From Rubrivivax sp. (GTDB taxonomy: Bacteria > Pseudomonadota > Gammaproteobacteria > Burkholderiales > Burkholderiaceae_C), in the NCBI GenBank assembly GCA_026125665.1, contig JAHCKS010000015.1, positions 5,818 through 69,817 of the forward strand: a DNA stretch of 64,000 nt. The letters are read 5' to 3'. Positions within the stretch are counted from its first letter, which is position 1; every line of letters starts with the position of its first letter. Position numbers and translations under genes: made by a program. Positions 36,749-46,517 of this stretch are shown piece after piece. Under the pieces are notes generated by a model. That model saw only the letters and a program-made list of their open reading frames with translations. It made no database searches and was not told the origin of the DNA.

Positions 36749-37924
36749 ATGGCTGCCGACTCCTCGAACCAGAACCGCACGCTGCCCGCGACGCCGCGCA
36801 AGATCGAACGCGCGCGCTCCGAGGGCCAGGTGGCGCGTTCGCGCGAGCTCGGCCACTTCCTGGCGCTGGGTGCCGGCATCGCCCTGCTCGGCGCGGTGGC
36901 GCCGCAACTCACGCGCTGGCTGGCGACGACGCTGGCCGAGGCGCTGCGCTTCGACCTCGGCATGGTCGCCGACCCCCACGCGATGGTGCAGCGCCTGGTG
37001 GCGCTGGCCGGGTCGTTCGTGCTCGTGCTGCTGGCGGTCGGTGCGGTGTCGATGGCGCTGGCGGTGGCCGCCGGGCTGCTGTCCGGCGGCTGGAACTTCA
37101 CCTTCAAGCCGCTCGCGCCGAAGCTGGAGAAGCTGAACCCGCTGGCCGGGCTCGGCCGCCTGTTCTCCCTCGAGCACTTCGCCCAGGCGGGCAAGGCCTG
37201 CCTGCTGGCGCTGCTGCTCGTGGCCGCCGGCGCCTGGGTGCTGTCGGCCACCTGGCCCGACGCGGCCCGCCTCATCGCCATGCCGTTGCCGCAGGCGCTG
37301 GCCGCCTCGGGCACGTTCCTGCAGCGCGGCCTGCTGGCCATCGGCGCGCTGCTCGCCCTCTTCGCGCTCGTCGACGTGCCGCTGCAGCGCCAGCTGCTGG
37401 CACGCCGCCTGCGCATGAGCGTCGAGGAGATGAAGCGCGAGATGCGCGAGAGCGAGGGCAACACCGAGGTCAAGGGCAAGATGCGCGTGCGCATGCGCGA
37501 GATCGTCAACCGCCGCATGCTGGCCGCGGTGCCGCGCGCCGACCTCGTGGTGATGAACCCCACGCACTACGCGGTGGCGCTGAAGTACGACGAGGCGAAG
37601 ATGAGCGCGCCGCGCGTCGTGGCCAAGGGCGCCGACCTGCTGGCCCTGCGCATCCGCGACATCGCCAGGGAGGCGCGCGTGCCGGTGCTGCAGGCGCCGC
37701 CGCTGGCGCGCGCGCTCTACGCGCACACCGACATCGACCAGGAAGTGCCGGCGCGCCTGTTCAGCGCCGTGGCGCAGGTGCTCGCCTGGGTGTACCAGCT
37801 GCGCGACGCGGTCGCCGCCGGCCGCCCCTTCATGGCGGCGGCCCCGGTGCCCGCCGTGCCCGAGGACATGGACCCGCTTGCCGACCCCCCGACGGCCGCC
37901 GCCGCTGACGGAGCCGCGGCATGA
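36749..37924 (+). CDS. flhB: Flagellar export switch protein FlhB
   Basis: ATPRKIERAR.EGQV.RS.E, ESEGN, autocleavage motif NPTH, VVAKG. Confidence 0.93.
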   Translation: MAADSSNQNRTLPATPRKIERARSEGQVARSRELGHFLALGAGIALLGAVAPQLTRWLATTLAEALRFDLGMVADPHAMVQRLVALAGSFVLVLLAVGAVSMALAVAAGLLSGGWNFTFKPLAPKLEKLNPLAGLGRLFSLEHFAQAGKACLLALLLVAAGAWVLSATWPDAARLIAMPLPQALAASGTFLQRGLLAIGALLALFALVDVPLQRQLLARRLRMSVEEMKREMRESEGNTEVKGKMRVRMREIVNRRMLAAVPRADLVVMNPTHYAVALKYDEAKMSAPRVVAKGADLLALRIRDIAREARVPVLQAPPLARALYAHTDIDQEVPARLFSAVAQVLAWVYQLRDAVAAGRPFMAAAPVPAVPEDMDPLADPPTAAAADGAAA

Positions 37925-40071
37925 CCGACTTCCTGGCGATGATCCGCGCCGCGCTCGACCCGCGCCAGCCCGGCGGCGCGAACGGTGGAAGAGGCGCGGC
38001 GCTGAAGGCGCTGGTGCTGCCCATCTTCGTCGTGCTGATGCTGGCGATGATGGTGCTGCCGCTGCCGGCGTTCATGCTGGACCTGCTGTTCACCTTCAAC
38101 ATCGCGCTGGCGCTGATGGTGGTGATGGTGTCGGCGCAGATGGTGCGGCCGCTCGACTTCGCGGCGCTGCCCACGGTGCTGCTGGTGACGACGCTGCTGC
38201 GGCTGTCGCTGAACGTCGCCTCCACGCGCGTCGTGCTCACCGAGGGCCACACCGGGCCGGCCTCCGCCGGCAAGGTCATCGAGGCCTTCGGCCACTTCCT
38301 CATCGGCGGCAGCTTCGTCGTAGGCCTCATCGTCTTCGCCATCCTCGTCGTCATCAACTTCGTCGTCGTCACCAAGGGCGCCGAGCGCATCGCCGAGGTC
38401 GGCGCGCGCTTCGCGCTGGACGCGATGCCCGGCAAGCAGATGGCCATCGACGCCGATCTCAACGCCGGCCTGATCGACGAGAAGGAGGCCAAGCGCCGCC
38501 GCGCCGAGGTCGGCGAGGAGGCGGACTTCTTCGGCTCGATGGACGGTGCCAGCAAGTTCGTGCGCGGCGACGCCATGGCCGGCATCCTGATCCTGCTCAT
38601 CAACGTCTTCGGCGGCTTCGCCATCGGCATGGCCATGCACGGCATGGGCGCCGGCGAGGCGGCCCGCAGCTACGTCACGCTGGCGGTGGGCGACGCGCTG
38701 GTGGCGCAGATCCCCGGGCTGCTGATCTCGGTGGCCGCGGCGATGGTCGTCTCGCGCGTCGGCAAGGAGCAGGACATCGGCACGCAGATCCGCGGCCAGG
38801 TGTTCGACTCGCCGCGTTCGCTGGCGCTGACGGCGGCCATCATCGGCGGCCTCGGCCTCGTGCCGGGCATGCCGAACCTCGTCTTCATCCTCATCGCCGC
38901 CGGGCTGGCGGCGCTCGCCTGGCAGCTGCACCAGACGAAGAAGCGCGCTGCCGCCGAGCCGCAGCGCGCCGAGGTCGTGGCCGCCCGCGAGGCCAACCCC
39001 GAAGCGAGCTGGGACGACCTGACGCCGGTGGACACGCTGGGCCTCGAAGTGGGCTACCGCCTCATCGCGCTGGTGGACAAGACACGCGGCCCCGGCAAGG
39101 GCGACCTGCTGGCGCGCATCAAGGGCGTGCGCAAGAAGTTCGCGCAGGACGTGGGCTTCCTGCCGCCGCCGGTGCACATCCGCGACAACCTGGCCGAGCT
39201 GAAGCCGAGCATGTACCGCGTCACGCTGCGTGGCGCCGTGGCCGGCGAGGGCGAGGCGATGCCGGGCATGTGGCTGGCCATCAACCCCGGCGGCCCGGGG
39301 CCGAACGGCGGCGCCGTGATGGCCCAGCTGCCCGGCCAGCGCACGCTCGACCCCGCCTTCGGCCTGCCGGCGGTGTGGATCGAGGAGCGCCACAAGGAGA
39401 TGGCGCAGATGGCCGGATTTACCGTCGTTGATTGCCCGACCGTCGTCGCCACCCACCTCTCACACTTGATGCAGGTGAATGCCGCCCGGCTGCTCGGCCG
39501 CGTCGAGACGCAGCAGCTCGTGGAGCACGTCACCAAGCTCGCCCCCAAGCTCATCGAAGACGTCGTGCCGAAGATGGTTGCCATTCCCACCCTGCAGCGC
39601 GTGCTGCAGCTGCTGCTCGAGGAAGGCGTTCACATCCGCGACATGCGTTCGATCATCGAGAGCCTCGCCGAGCACGCCACTGCCGTCAGCGACCCGCACG
39701 AGCTGGCGCGGCGCATCCGCACGCACCTGGCCCCGGCCATCGTGCAGCAGATCTACGGCCCGGTGCGCGAGCTCGACGTCATCGCGCTGGACCCCGAGCT
39801 CGAGCGCCTGGTCACCCAGGCCCTCATGTCGCCGCACGGAGCGGCGCTGGACCCCGGCATCGCCGACACGCTGGCCAAGAGCGCCGCCGACACGGCGCGC
39901 TCGCAGGAAGACCGAGGCCACCCGGCGTGCCTGCTCGTGCCCGACCCCATCCGCGCGCCGCTGGCCCGCCTGCTCAAGCGCGCCGCCCCGCGCCTGAAGG
40001 TGCTGGCGCACAGCGAGATCCCTGAGACCCACACCATCCGCATCGGCTCGATCATCGGAGCGACCGCATGA
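37921..40071 (+). CDS. flhA: Flagellar export gate protein FlhA
   Basis: TKGAERIAEV.ARF.LDAMPGKQMAIDADL, FFGSMDGASKFVRGDA. Confidence 0.96.
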   Translation: MTDFLAMIRAALDPRQPGGANGGRGAALKALVLPIFVVLMLAMMVLPLPAFMLDLLFTFNIALALMVVMVSAQMVRPLDFAALPTVLLVTTLLRLSLNVASTRVVLTEGHTGPASAGKVIEAFGHFLIGGSFVVGLIVFAILVVINFVVVTKGAERIAEVGARFALDAMPGKQMAIDADLNAGLIDEKEAKRRRAEVGEEADFFGSMDGASKFVRGDAMAGILILLINVFGGFAIGMAMHGMGAGEAARSYVTLAVGDALVAQIPGLLISVAAAMVVSRVGKEQDIGTQIRGQVFDSPRSLALTAAIIGGLGLVPGMPNLVFILIAAGLAALAWQLHQTKKRAAAEPQRAEVVAAREANPEASWDDLTPVDTLGLEVGYRLIALVDKTRGPGKGDLLARIKGVRKKFAQDVGFLPPPVHIRDNLAELKPSMYRVTLRGAVAGEGEAMPGMWLAINPGGPGPNGGAVMAQLPGQRTLDPAFGLPAVWIEERHKEMAQMAGFTVVDCPTVVATHLSHLMQVNAARLLGRVETQQLVEHVTKLAPKLIEDVVPKMVAIPTLQRVLQLLLEEGVHIRDMRSIIESLAEHATAVSDPHELARRIRTHLAPAIVQQIYGPVRELDVIALDPELERLVTQALMSPHGAALDPGIADTLAKSAADTARSQEDRGHPACLLVPDPIRAPLARLLKRAAPRLKVLAHSEIPETHTIRIGSIIGATA

Positions 40072-42026
40072 ACCTCAAGCGATTTACCGGTCGCACCTCG
40101 CGCGACGCGCTGGCCCTCGTGCGTCAGGCCTTCGGCGTTGACGCCGTCGTCATGAGCACGAAGCCGTGCCCCGAAGGCGTGGAAGTGCTGGCCATGGCTC
40201 CGGAGAGCGTGGCGCACCTCGAGCGTGTGGGCGCCACGCTGCCCGGTGCCGCGGCGCGCCGCGACACGCGCCCGGCGATGCGCGACGAAGGCCGCCCGTC
40301 GACCTTCGGCGCGCTGCCGATGGACGCCGCACCGGCGCGTGCCCCGGCCGCCCCGGCGCGCGGCGCCGGCTTCGACCGCGTCGAGCCCACGCTCGACGGC
40401 CGAGCCGACGATCACGGCGTCGGCGACGACGTGCGCCAGCTGCAGATGAGCACGCTGTCGTTCCAGGACTACGTGCGCGAACGCATGCTGAAGCGTCGCC
40501 AGGCCGAGCTGAGCGCGGCCACCGATGCCGAGCCCGCCGCGCCGCCGGCGCCGCCCGTCGTCTCGCCGATCGCGCAAGCCCGTGCGCGCCTGGCTGCGCA
40601 GCAGCAGGCGCAGGCGGAGCGTGCCGAGGCCCGCCGCGGCGGCGGCGACTTCGGCGAGTCGACCTTCGGCCACTCCACGTTCGGCCACTCCAGCTTCGGC
40701 CCGCTCGACCCCGGTGCGGGCCGCGTGCCGGGCGTCTCGCGCGCAGCCGCGATGGCCCAGGCGATGACGTCGCCGGCCGCCAACGGCCCGATGCCTGCCA
40801 CCGCGCGCCCGGTCGCACCCGCGGGCCAGGCCACGCGCGCCGCACAGCCTGCGGCCGCGATGGCGCCTGCGCGGCCTGCTCACCCGGCTCAAGGCCACCC
40901 GGCTCAAGGCCACCCGGCGGCGCGCTCACCGCTGGCGGTGGACGCCGTGCCGTCGCTGCACAACGTGGCGCCGGTCGCGCGGCCCGAGCCGCCGGTGCTG
41001 CAGCACCCGATCGGGCGCGCCGCGATGCCCATGCAGGCCGCGACGGCCGAAGCGCGCACCGAGCCGACACCCGACCAGACCGCGATGATGAGCGAGCTGC
41101 GCTCGATGCGCGGCCTGATCGAGCAGCGCTTCGGCGCGCTCGCGTTCATGGAGAAGCTGCAGCGCCAGCCGCGCCAGGCGCAGCTGACGCAGCGCCTGCT
41201 CGACGCCGGCTTCTCGCCGGCGCTGACGCGGCGACTGGCCGAGTGCCTGCCGGCCGACGTGGACGAAGTCTCCTGGGCCGCCGGCGTGCTGGAACGCAAC
41301 CTCGCCACCGGCGAGCGCGAGCCGGCGCTCGAGGATGCCGGCGGCGTCTATGCGCTCATCGGCGCCACCGGCGTCGGCAAGACGACGAGCACGGCCAAGC
41401 TTGCCGCCGCCTTCGCCACCAAGCACGGCGCCGCGAACCTCGGCCTCGTCACGCTCGACGCCTACCGCGTCGCCGCGCACGAGCAGCTGCGCACCTACGG
41501 CCGCATCCTCGGCGTGCCGGTGCACACCGCGCACGACCGCGCGTCGCTCGAGGACCTGCTCGAGCTGCTGGCAGGCAAGCGCATGGTGCTCATCGACACC
41601 GCCGGCATGGCGCAGCGCGACACGCGCACGCGCGAGCTGCTGGAGATGCTGCAGCGGCCGCAGATCAACCGCCTGGTCGTCATCAGCGCCGCGGCGCAGG
41701 GCGAGACGATCGAGGACCAGCTCTCGGCCTACGCCGCCCCGGGCTGCCGCGGCGTCGTGCTGAGCAAGGTCGACGAAGCGGTGAAGCTCGCGCCGGCGCT
41801 GGACGCGATGATTCGCGCCCGCCTGAAGGTGCTGGCGGTGGCCAACGGCCAGCGCGTGCCCGAGGACTGGCACCGCCTGTCGGCACATGCCCTCGTGCAG
41901 CGTGCGCTGCGCGCGCAGGGCGCGCCGGCCTGGCGCATGGAGCCGGCCGAGGTCAACCTCGTCTTCGCCGGCCAGCCGATGGCGCCGAAGGCCGCCATGG
42001 CCGGTGCCGGCGCGGCGCTCGCCTGA
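40068..42026 (+). CDS. flhF: Flagellar SRP-family GTPase FlhF
   Basis: N-terminal MNLKRF...ALALVR..FG.DAV, GATGVGKTT, DAYR, DTAG, SKVDE, GQRVPED. Confidence 0.92.
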   Translation: MNLKRFTGRTSRDALALVRQAFGVDAVVMSTKPCPEGVEVLAMAPESVAHLERVGATLPGAAARRDTRPAMRDEGRPSTFGALPMDAAPARAPAAPARGAGFDRVEPTLDGRADDHGVGDDVRQLQMSTLSFQDYVRERMLKRRQAELSAATDAEPAAPPAPPVVSPIAQARARLAAQQQAQAERAEARRGGGDFGESTFGHSTFGHSSFGPLDPGAGRVPGVSRAAAMAQAMTSPAANGPMPATARPVAPAGQATRAAQPAAAMAPARPAHPAQGHPAQGHPAARSPLAVDAVPSLHNVAPVARPEPPVLQHPIGRAAMPMQAATAEARTEPTPDQTAMMSELRSMRGLIEQRFGALAFMEKLQRQPRQAQLTQRLLDAGFSPALTRRLAECLPADVDEVSWAAGVLERNLATGEREPALEDAGGVYALIGATGVGKTTSTAKLAAAFATKHGAANLGLVTLDAYRVAAHEQLRTYGRILGVPVHTAHDRASLEDLLELLAGKRMVLIDTAGMAQRDTRTRELLEMLQRPQINRLVVISAAAQGETIEDQLSAYAAPGCRGVVLSKVDEAVKLAPALDAMIRARLKVLAVANGQRVPEDWHRLSAHALVQRALRAQGAPAWRMEPAEVNLVFAGQPMAPKAAMAGAGAALA

Positions 42027-42070
42027 ACCACGACTCGCCAGCCACGAAGAACAAGAGGGCCGTTCGCGTG

Positions 42071-42886
42071 ATGCGCGACTTCTACGCCACCTCCGCCGCT
42101 GCGCCGCTGGACCAGGCCGAGGGCCTGCGCCAGCTGTTCGCCGCGCGCGGCGCCAGCGGCCGCGCCGTCGTCGCGCTGGCCGCCAACCCGCATGTCACCA
42201 CGAGCGCGCTCGTGCTCGACCGCGTCGCGGCGGCCCTGTCGTGCCTGGGCCGCCAGGTGCTCGTCGTCGATGCCGCCGCCTCGGCGCCGGCGCCGCACGA
42301 GCTGGCGCGCCTCGACCTCGTCGCCGGCATCGAGCCGATGATGCCCGGCGTCGCCTACCTGCCGGCGCGCGGGTTGCCGCTGCAGTTCGTCGACACGCGC
42401 GGCTCGGCCGCCCGGTTCGTCGAGACGCTGATCGAAGCCGTGCCCACGGCCGATGCGATCGTGCTGCACGCCGAGGCCGCCGAGCTCGCGCGCCTGCTCG
42501 CGCGCCGCGCGGCGCGGCCGCTGCTGCTGGCGGCCGACCACCCGGAGAGCCTGAAGCACGCCTACGCCAGCTGCAAGCTGCTGCAGCAACGCACGGGCCT
42601 GGCCACGTTCGACCTGCTGATCGCCGCCTCGGCACGTTCGCCCCGGCTGGCCAGCATCCACGCCAGCCTGCGCGGCTGTGCCGAGAGCTTCCTCGGCGCG
42701 CTCGTCGGCGACTGGGCGCTCGTCGACCCGGCCGGCGGCGAACCCCGCGAGGGCGAGCGCCTCGCCGCGCTGCTGGCCGCGCAGCTCACGCTCGAAGCCC
42801 ACCCCGATGCGTTGCCGGTTCGTTCCGGTACGAATCCACATCCGACTCCGTTGCACCCTGGGCATCTCCTGCCCACCGACCGATAG
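42071..42886 (+). CDS. Degenerate FlhG/FleN (MinD-like) protein
   Basis: DQAEGLR activator motif, VLVVDA, lies between flhF and fliA. No Walker A. Confidence 0.7.
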   Translation: MRDFYATSAAAPLDQAEGLRQLFAARGASGRAVVALAANPHVTTSALVLDRVAAALSCLGRQVLVVDAAASAPAPHELARLDLVAGIEPMMPGVAYLPARGLPLQFVDTRGSAARFVETLIEAVPTADAIVLHAEAAELARLLARRAARPLLLAADHPESLKHAYASCKLLQQRTGLATFDLLIAASARSPRLASIHASLRGCAESFLGALVGDWALVDPAGGEPREGERLAALLAAQLTLEAHPDALPVRSGTNPHPTPLHPGHLLPTDR

Positions 42887-42899
42887 AGGTTGACCCCCC

Positions 42900-43613
42900 A
42901 TGTACACCGCCAAGGGAACACTCGACGCCGGCGCGCTGCTGAAGCAGTACTCCCCGCTCGTGCGCCGCCTGGCGCACCAGATGATCGCCAAGCTGCCGGC
43001 CAACGTCGAGCTGGACGACCTCATCCAGGTGGGCATGATCGGCCTGAACGACGCGCTGTCGCGCTTCGACGCCAACCAGGGCGTGCAGTTCGAGACCTTC
43101 GCGACGCAGCGCATCCGCGGCGCCATGCTCGACGAGCTGCGCGGCAACGACTGGATGAGCCGCGGCGACCGGCGCCACCAGCGCAGCATCGAGGCCGCCG
43201 TGCACAAGCTCGAGCAGCGTTTCGGACGTGCGCCCAACGAAGGCGAGATCGCGCGCGAGATGGGCCTGTCGCTGACCGACTACCAGGAGCTGCTGGGCAA
43301 GGTGCGTGGCACGCAGCTCATCTACCTCGAGGACATGAGCGGCGACGACGGCGACGAGGACTACCTCGACCGCCACGTTGCCGACGAGGAAGCCAACCCG
43401 ATCGCGCGGCTGCAGGACCGGCGCATGCGCGAGGCGCTCGTCGAGGCGATCAAGCAGCTGCCCGAGCGCGAGCAGTTCGTGATGAGCATGTACTACGAGC
43501 AGGACATGAACCTGAAGGAGATCGCCGCGGTGCTCGGTGTCACCGAGAGCCGCGTGTGCCAGCTGCACAGCCAGTCGATCGCGCGCCTGCGCTCGCGGCT
43601 GCGCGAGTGGTAG
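42900..43613 (+). CDS. fliA: RNA polymerase sigma-28 FliA
   Basis: DDLIQVGMIGL, FETFA.QRIRGAMLDELR, LKEIAAVLGVTESRVCQLH. Confidence 0.96.
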   Translation: MYTAKGTLDAGALLKQYSPLVRRLAHQMIAKLPANVELDDLIQVGMIGLNDALSRFDANQGVQFETFATQRIRGAMLDELRGNDWMSRGDRRHQRSIEAAVHKLEQRFGRAPNEGEIAREMGLSLTDYQELLGKVRGTQLIYLEDMSGDDGDEDYLDRHVADEEANPIARLQDRRMREALVEAIKQLPEREQFVMSMYYEQDMNLKEIAAVLGVTESRVCQLHSQSIARLRSRLREW

Positions 43614-43683
43614 GCCCGCGGCGATCACCTGCCAACCCAGACCCGAGACGCCCGACGCGTCCGCCCAGATCCGGAGACCCACC

Positions 43684-45045
43684 ATGCTGCTTGCCTTCAA
43701 GCGCCGCCCCCCGCCGCCCGCCGTCGAGCCGAAGGCCGAACCCCCCGGCGCACGGAACGCCGACCTGGCACGCGTCGTCGACGGCCTCGCGCAGCACGCC
43801 TCGGCGCTCGGCCAGGAAGCGGCCGAGGTGCGCGGCGCGATCGAGGACGCCAGTGCCGCCGCACAGCGGCAGGCGCAGGCGATGACGGCGCTGACCCAGC
43901 AGCTGCAGCAGGTGCGCCAGGCGCAGGACGACATCGGCAGCGAGACCGAAGGCGCGCGGCGTGCCGTGGCCCAGGTCGGCGACGCCGTCGAGGGCGTCGG
44001 CCGCGAGGTCGGCGGAATCGTCGCCACGCTGCGCGAGGTGTCGCAGGCGGCGCGCGAGATCACGCAGATCGCGCTGCAGACGCGGCTGGTCGCGTTCAAC
44101 GCCTCGGTCGAGGCGAAACGCGCCGGCGAGGCCGGCCGCGGCTTCTCGGTCGTTGCCGACGCGGTGAAGGACCTCGCGGCGCGTGTCGAGACATCGTCCA
44201 AGCAGATCATGGGCACCGTCGGCCAGCTCGACACGCGCATCGGCACGCTCGAGCGCGAGGTGCGCCGCAACGACAAGCAGTCGCTGGAAGAGCAGGGCGC
44301 CGTGCACCGTGCACTGGCCATCGTCGGCGAGGGCGTGCAGCGCATCCATGCGGCCAGCGGCAAGAGCCGCGAGGTCTGCGAGGGTCTCGAAGGCCAGGTC
44401 GGCACGATCGAAGGCGAGATCCGCGGCGCCACCGACCGCCTCTCGGGCACGCTGGCGCGCACCGAGAAGTTCCTGCGCATCTCCGAGCAGCTGATCGAGG
44501 CCGTGGCCGAGTGCGGCGTGCGCACGCCCGACACGCCGTACGTCGAGGCCGCGCAGCAGGCGGCGGCGCAGATCGCCGCGCTGCTGGAAGACGCCGTGCA
44601 GCGTGGCACCGTCTCGGCGGCCGACCTCTTCGACGAGGTCTACAAGCCGATCGAGGGCAGCGCACCGCAGCAGCACATGACGCGCTTCGTCGACCTGGCC
44701 GAACGTCTGTTCCCGCAGGTGCAGGAGCGCGTGCTGGGCATGAGCGACAAGGTGGTGTTCTGCATTGCCGTGGACCGCAACGGCTACATCCCGTGCCACA
44801 ACCAGAAGTACAACCAGCCGCAACGCGCCGGCGACGTGGCGTGGAACACCGCCAACTGCCGCAACCGCCGCATCTTCAACGACCGCACCGGGCTCGCCTC
44901 GGCGCGCAACCAGCGCCCGTTCCTGCTGCAGACCTATCGCCGCGACATGGGCGGCGGCCACTTCGTGGTGCTGAAGGAAGCGGCCGCGCCGATCACCGTC
45001 GGCGGCCGCCACTGGGGCGGCCTGCGGCTGGCGTTCAAGTTCTGA
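43684..45045 (+). CDS. Soluble methyl-accepting chemotaxis protein with C-terminal putative sensor domain
   Basis: Hairpin tip IALQTRLVAFNASVEAKRAGEAGRGFSVVA, no TM segment, C-terminal DRNGY...RNRRIFND...LQTYRRDMG...HWGG. Confidence 0.88.
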   Translation: MLLAFKRRPPPPAVEPKAEPPGARNADLARVVDGLAQHASALGQEAAEVRGAIEDASAAAQRQAQAMTALTQQLQQVRQAQDDIGSETEGARRAVAQVGDAVEGVGREVGGIVATLREVSQAAREITQIALQTRLVAFNASVEAKRAGEAGRGFSVVADAVKDLAARVETSSKQIMGTVGQLDTRIGTLEREVRRNDKQSLEEQGAVHRALAIVGEGVQRIHAASGKSREVCEGLEGQVGTIEGEIRGATDRLSGTLARTEKFLRISEQLIEAVAECGVRTPDTPYVEAAQQAAAQIAALLEDAVQRGTVSAADLFDEVYKPIEGSAPQQHMTRFVDLAERLFPQVQERVLGMSDKVVFCIAVDRNGYIPCHNQKYNQPQRAGDVAWNTANCRNRRIFNDRTGLASARNQRPFLLQTYRRDMGGGHFVVLKEAAAPITVGGRHWGGLRLAFKF

Positions 45046-45057
45046 TCGCGGAATCGT

Positions 45058-45260
45058 GGCGCGCGAGTCCGAGGCCGCGGGGGGCCGCTCAGGGCTCGGC
45101 ACCCGAACACACGGACCAACGCCGCCGGCGCTCCAAGGTCGGTGGCCGCGCCTCGGGTGCCAAGCCCTGAGCGGCCCCACGGCATCGGCCCGGCGCGCCG
45201 TGATAGTGGGCCGCCTGCACCTCCTTCGCGAACGCCAAGTGCGGTCAAGGACCCGGGGTG
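45058..45260 (-). repeat. Long-hairpin repeat element, copy 2
   Basis: 25/26-bp IR at 45081-106/45153-178 around a 46-nt core. Flanks align with 25296-25497. Confidence 0.85.
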
Positions 45261-45263
45261 CTT

Positions 45264-46490
45264 TCAGTGGATCGGCGGCGGCGCGCTCAGCCGCTGTCCC
45301 GCCAGCGCGGCGCGAGCCGCGGCGTCCCAGCGTGCCTCGAGGTCCAGCTGCAGCAGCGTCTCGCGCGTCGGCGTGCCGTCCAGCCTGAGCCCGGCGCGCC
45401 AGCGCGTGCCGGCGGCCCACGCGTCGCGCTGGCGCTCGACCACGGCAAGCGCCTTCTTCGCATCGGGCAGCCAGACGTCGGGCGCCATCTCGCGCGTGAA
45501 CTCGTCGGCATCGTCCGCCACCGGCAGGGTGCGGCGCTCGCCGCGCACATCGACGCCGGTGATGCGCGTGAAGGCATCGCCGGCCGCCGCCGCGAGGGCC
45601 GGCGCGTTCGCCTCCATCCAGCGCAGCAGCGCGTTCAGCGCCGTCGGATGGCCGAAGCGTGCCAGCAGCTCGCAGCGGCGCGGGCCCTCGGGCTGCGCCA
45701 GCACGGCTTGGCGCACCAGGGGGGCATCGTCGTTGCCGCCGAGCACGACCAGGCCATGCAGCGCGGCCTCGTCGCCGCCGGCCACGCGCTGCCGCAGCAG
45801 CGGCAGCACGCCGGCGTGCCCGGCCCACGCGGCGGCCAGCCAGGCCGCGTCGCGCACGCCGACGTCGTCGTGCGCGAGGCCCTGGCGATAGGGCCGTGGC
45901 GCGGGTGCGGCGGCACCCGATGCCGCGTGATGTGCCCCGTCCACCGAGGCGCAGACGCGCCACGCCAGGCGGCTGACCCGCGCGTCGTCGCCTTCGACCA
46001 GCGAGGCCAGTCGCGACGAACCCGCTTCGAGCAGGCGGTGGTTGGCAAGCACCACGGCCGCTGCCACGGCGGTGGCCGGTGGCGCTTGCGCCAGCGACGC
46101 CTGCATGTCGGCGACGAAGAGGGCCGGCGGGGCCAGGCTGAGTGCGTCGCGCAGGCCGGCGAGCGCCGGGCCCGCCGCCTGCGCGAACGCGGCGAGCACG
46201 GCCCTGGTTGTCTGCGGCCTTGCCGCACGCAGCAAGGGGTAGGCCGCGGCGAAGGCTTCGTCGCGATCCGTCGCGGCGAGCGCGGGCGCACAGCGCTCGA
46301 GCAGCGCTTCGGCAGGCGCGACGAGCAGGCCCTGCACATGTGCTTCGATGCGCTGGTTCAGCTCGCCGAACTCGCGCAGGGTGTGCTCGGGCGAGCTCAG
46401 CGCCTCACGGCGCTGCCCCCACAGGAAGGCCAGGTCCTCGGCATGCCGCTCGAGCATCTCGGCGATGACCTTCTGCCGTGCCACCCGCAC
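45264..46490 (-). CDS. TIGR02270-like HEAT-repeat T6SS accessory protein
   Basis: ERHAEDLAFLW..R, RIEAHVQGL, AGDAFTRITG, Ala/Leu helical repeats, last gene of the vgrG cassette. Confidence 0.7.
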   Translation of the reverse strand: MRVARQKVIAEMLERHAEDLAFLWGQRREALSSPEHTLREFGELNQRIEAHVQGLLVAPAEALLERCAPALAATDRDEAFAAAYPLLRAARPQTTRAVLAAFAQAAGPALAGLRDALSLAPPALFVADMQASLAQAPPATAVAAAVVLANHRLLEAGSSRLASLVEGDDARVSRLAWRVCASVDGAHHAASGAAAPAPRPYRQGLAHDDVGVRDAAWLAAAWAGHAGVLPLLRQRVAGGDEAALHGLVVLGGNDDAPLVRQAVLAQPEGPRRCELLARFGHPTALNALLRWMEANAPALAAAAGDAFTRITGVDVRGERRTLPVADDADEFTREMAPDVWLPDAKKALAVVERQRDAWAAGTRWRAGLRLDGTPTRETLLQLDLEARWDAAARAALAGQRLSAPPPIH

Positions 46491-46517
46491 TCCGGTGAAG
46501 TCCGCGCGCGGCGCGAC

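Noticed and set aside
40166-42886. 906-aa ORF suggesting an flhF-flhG fusion
   Set aside because: Off-frame read-through of flhF. The FlhG-like protein begins near 42071 at the DQA motif.
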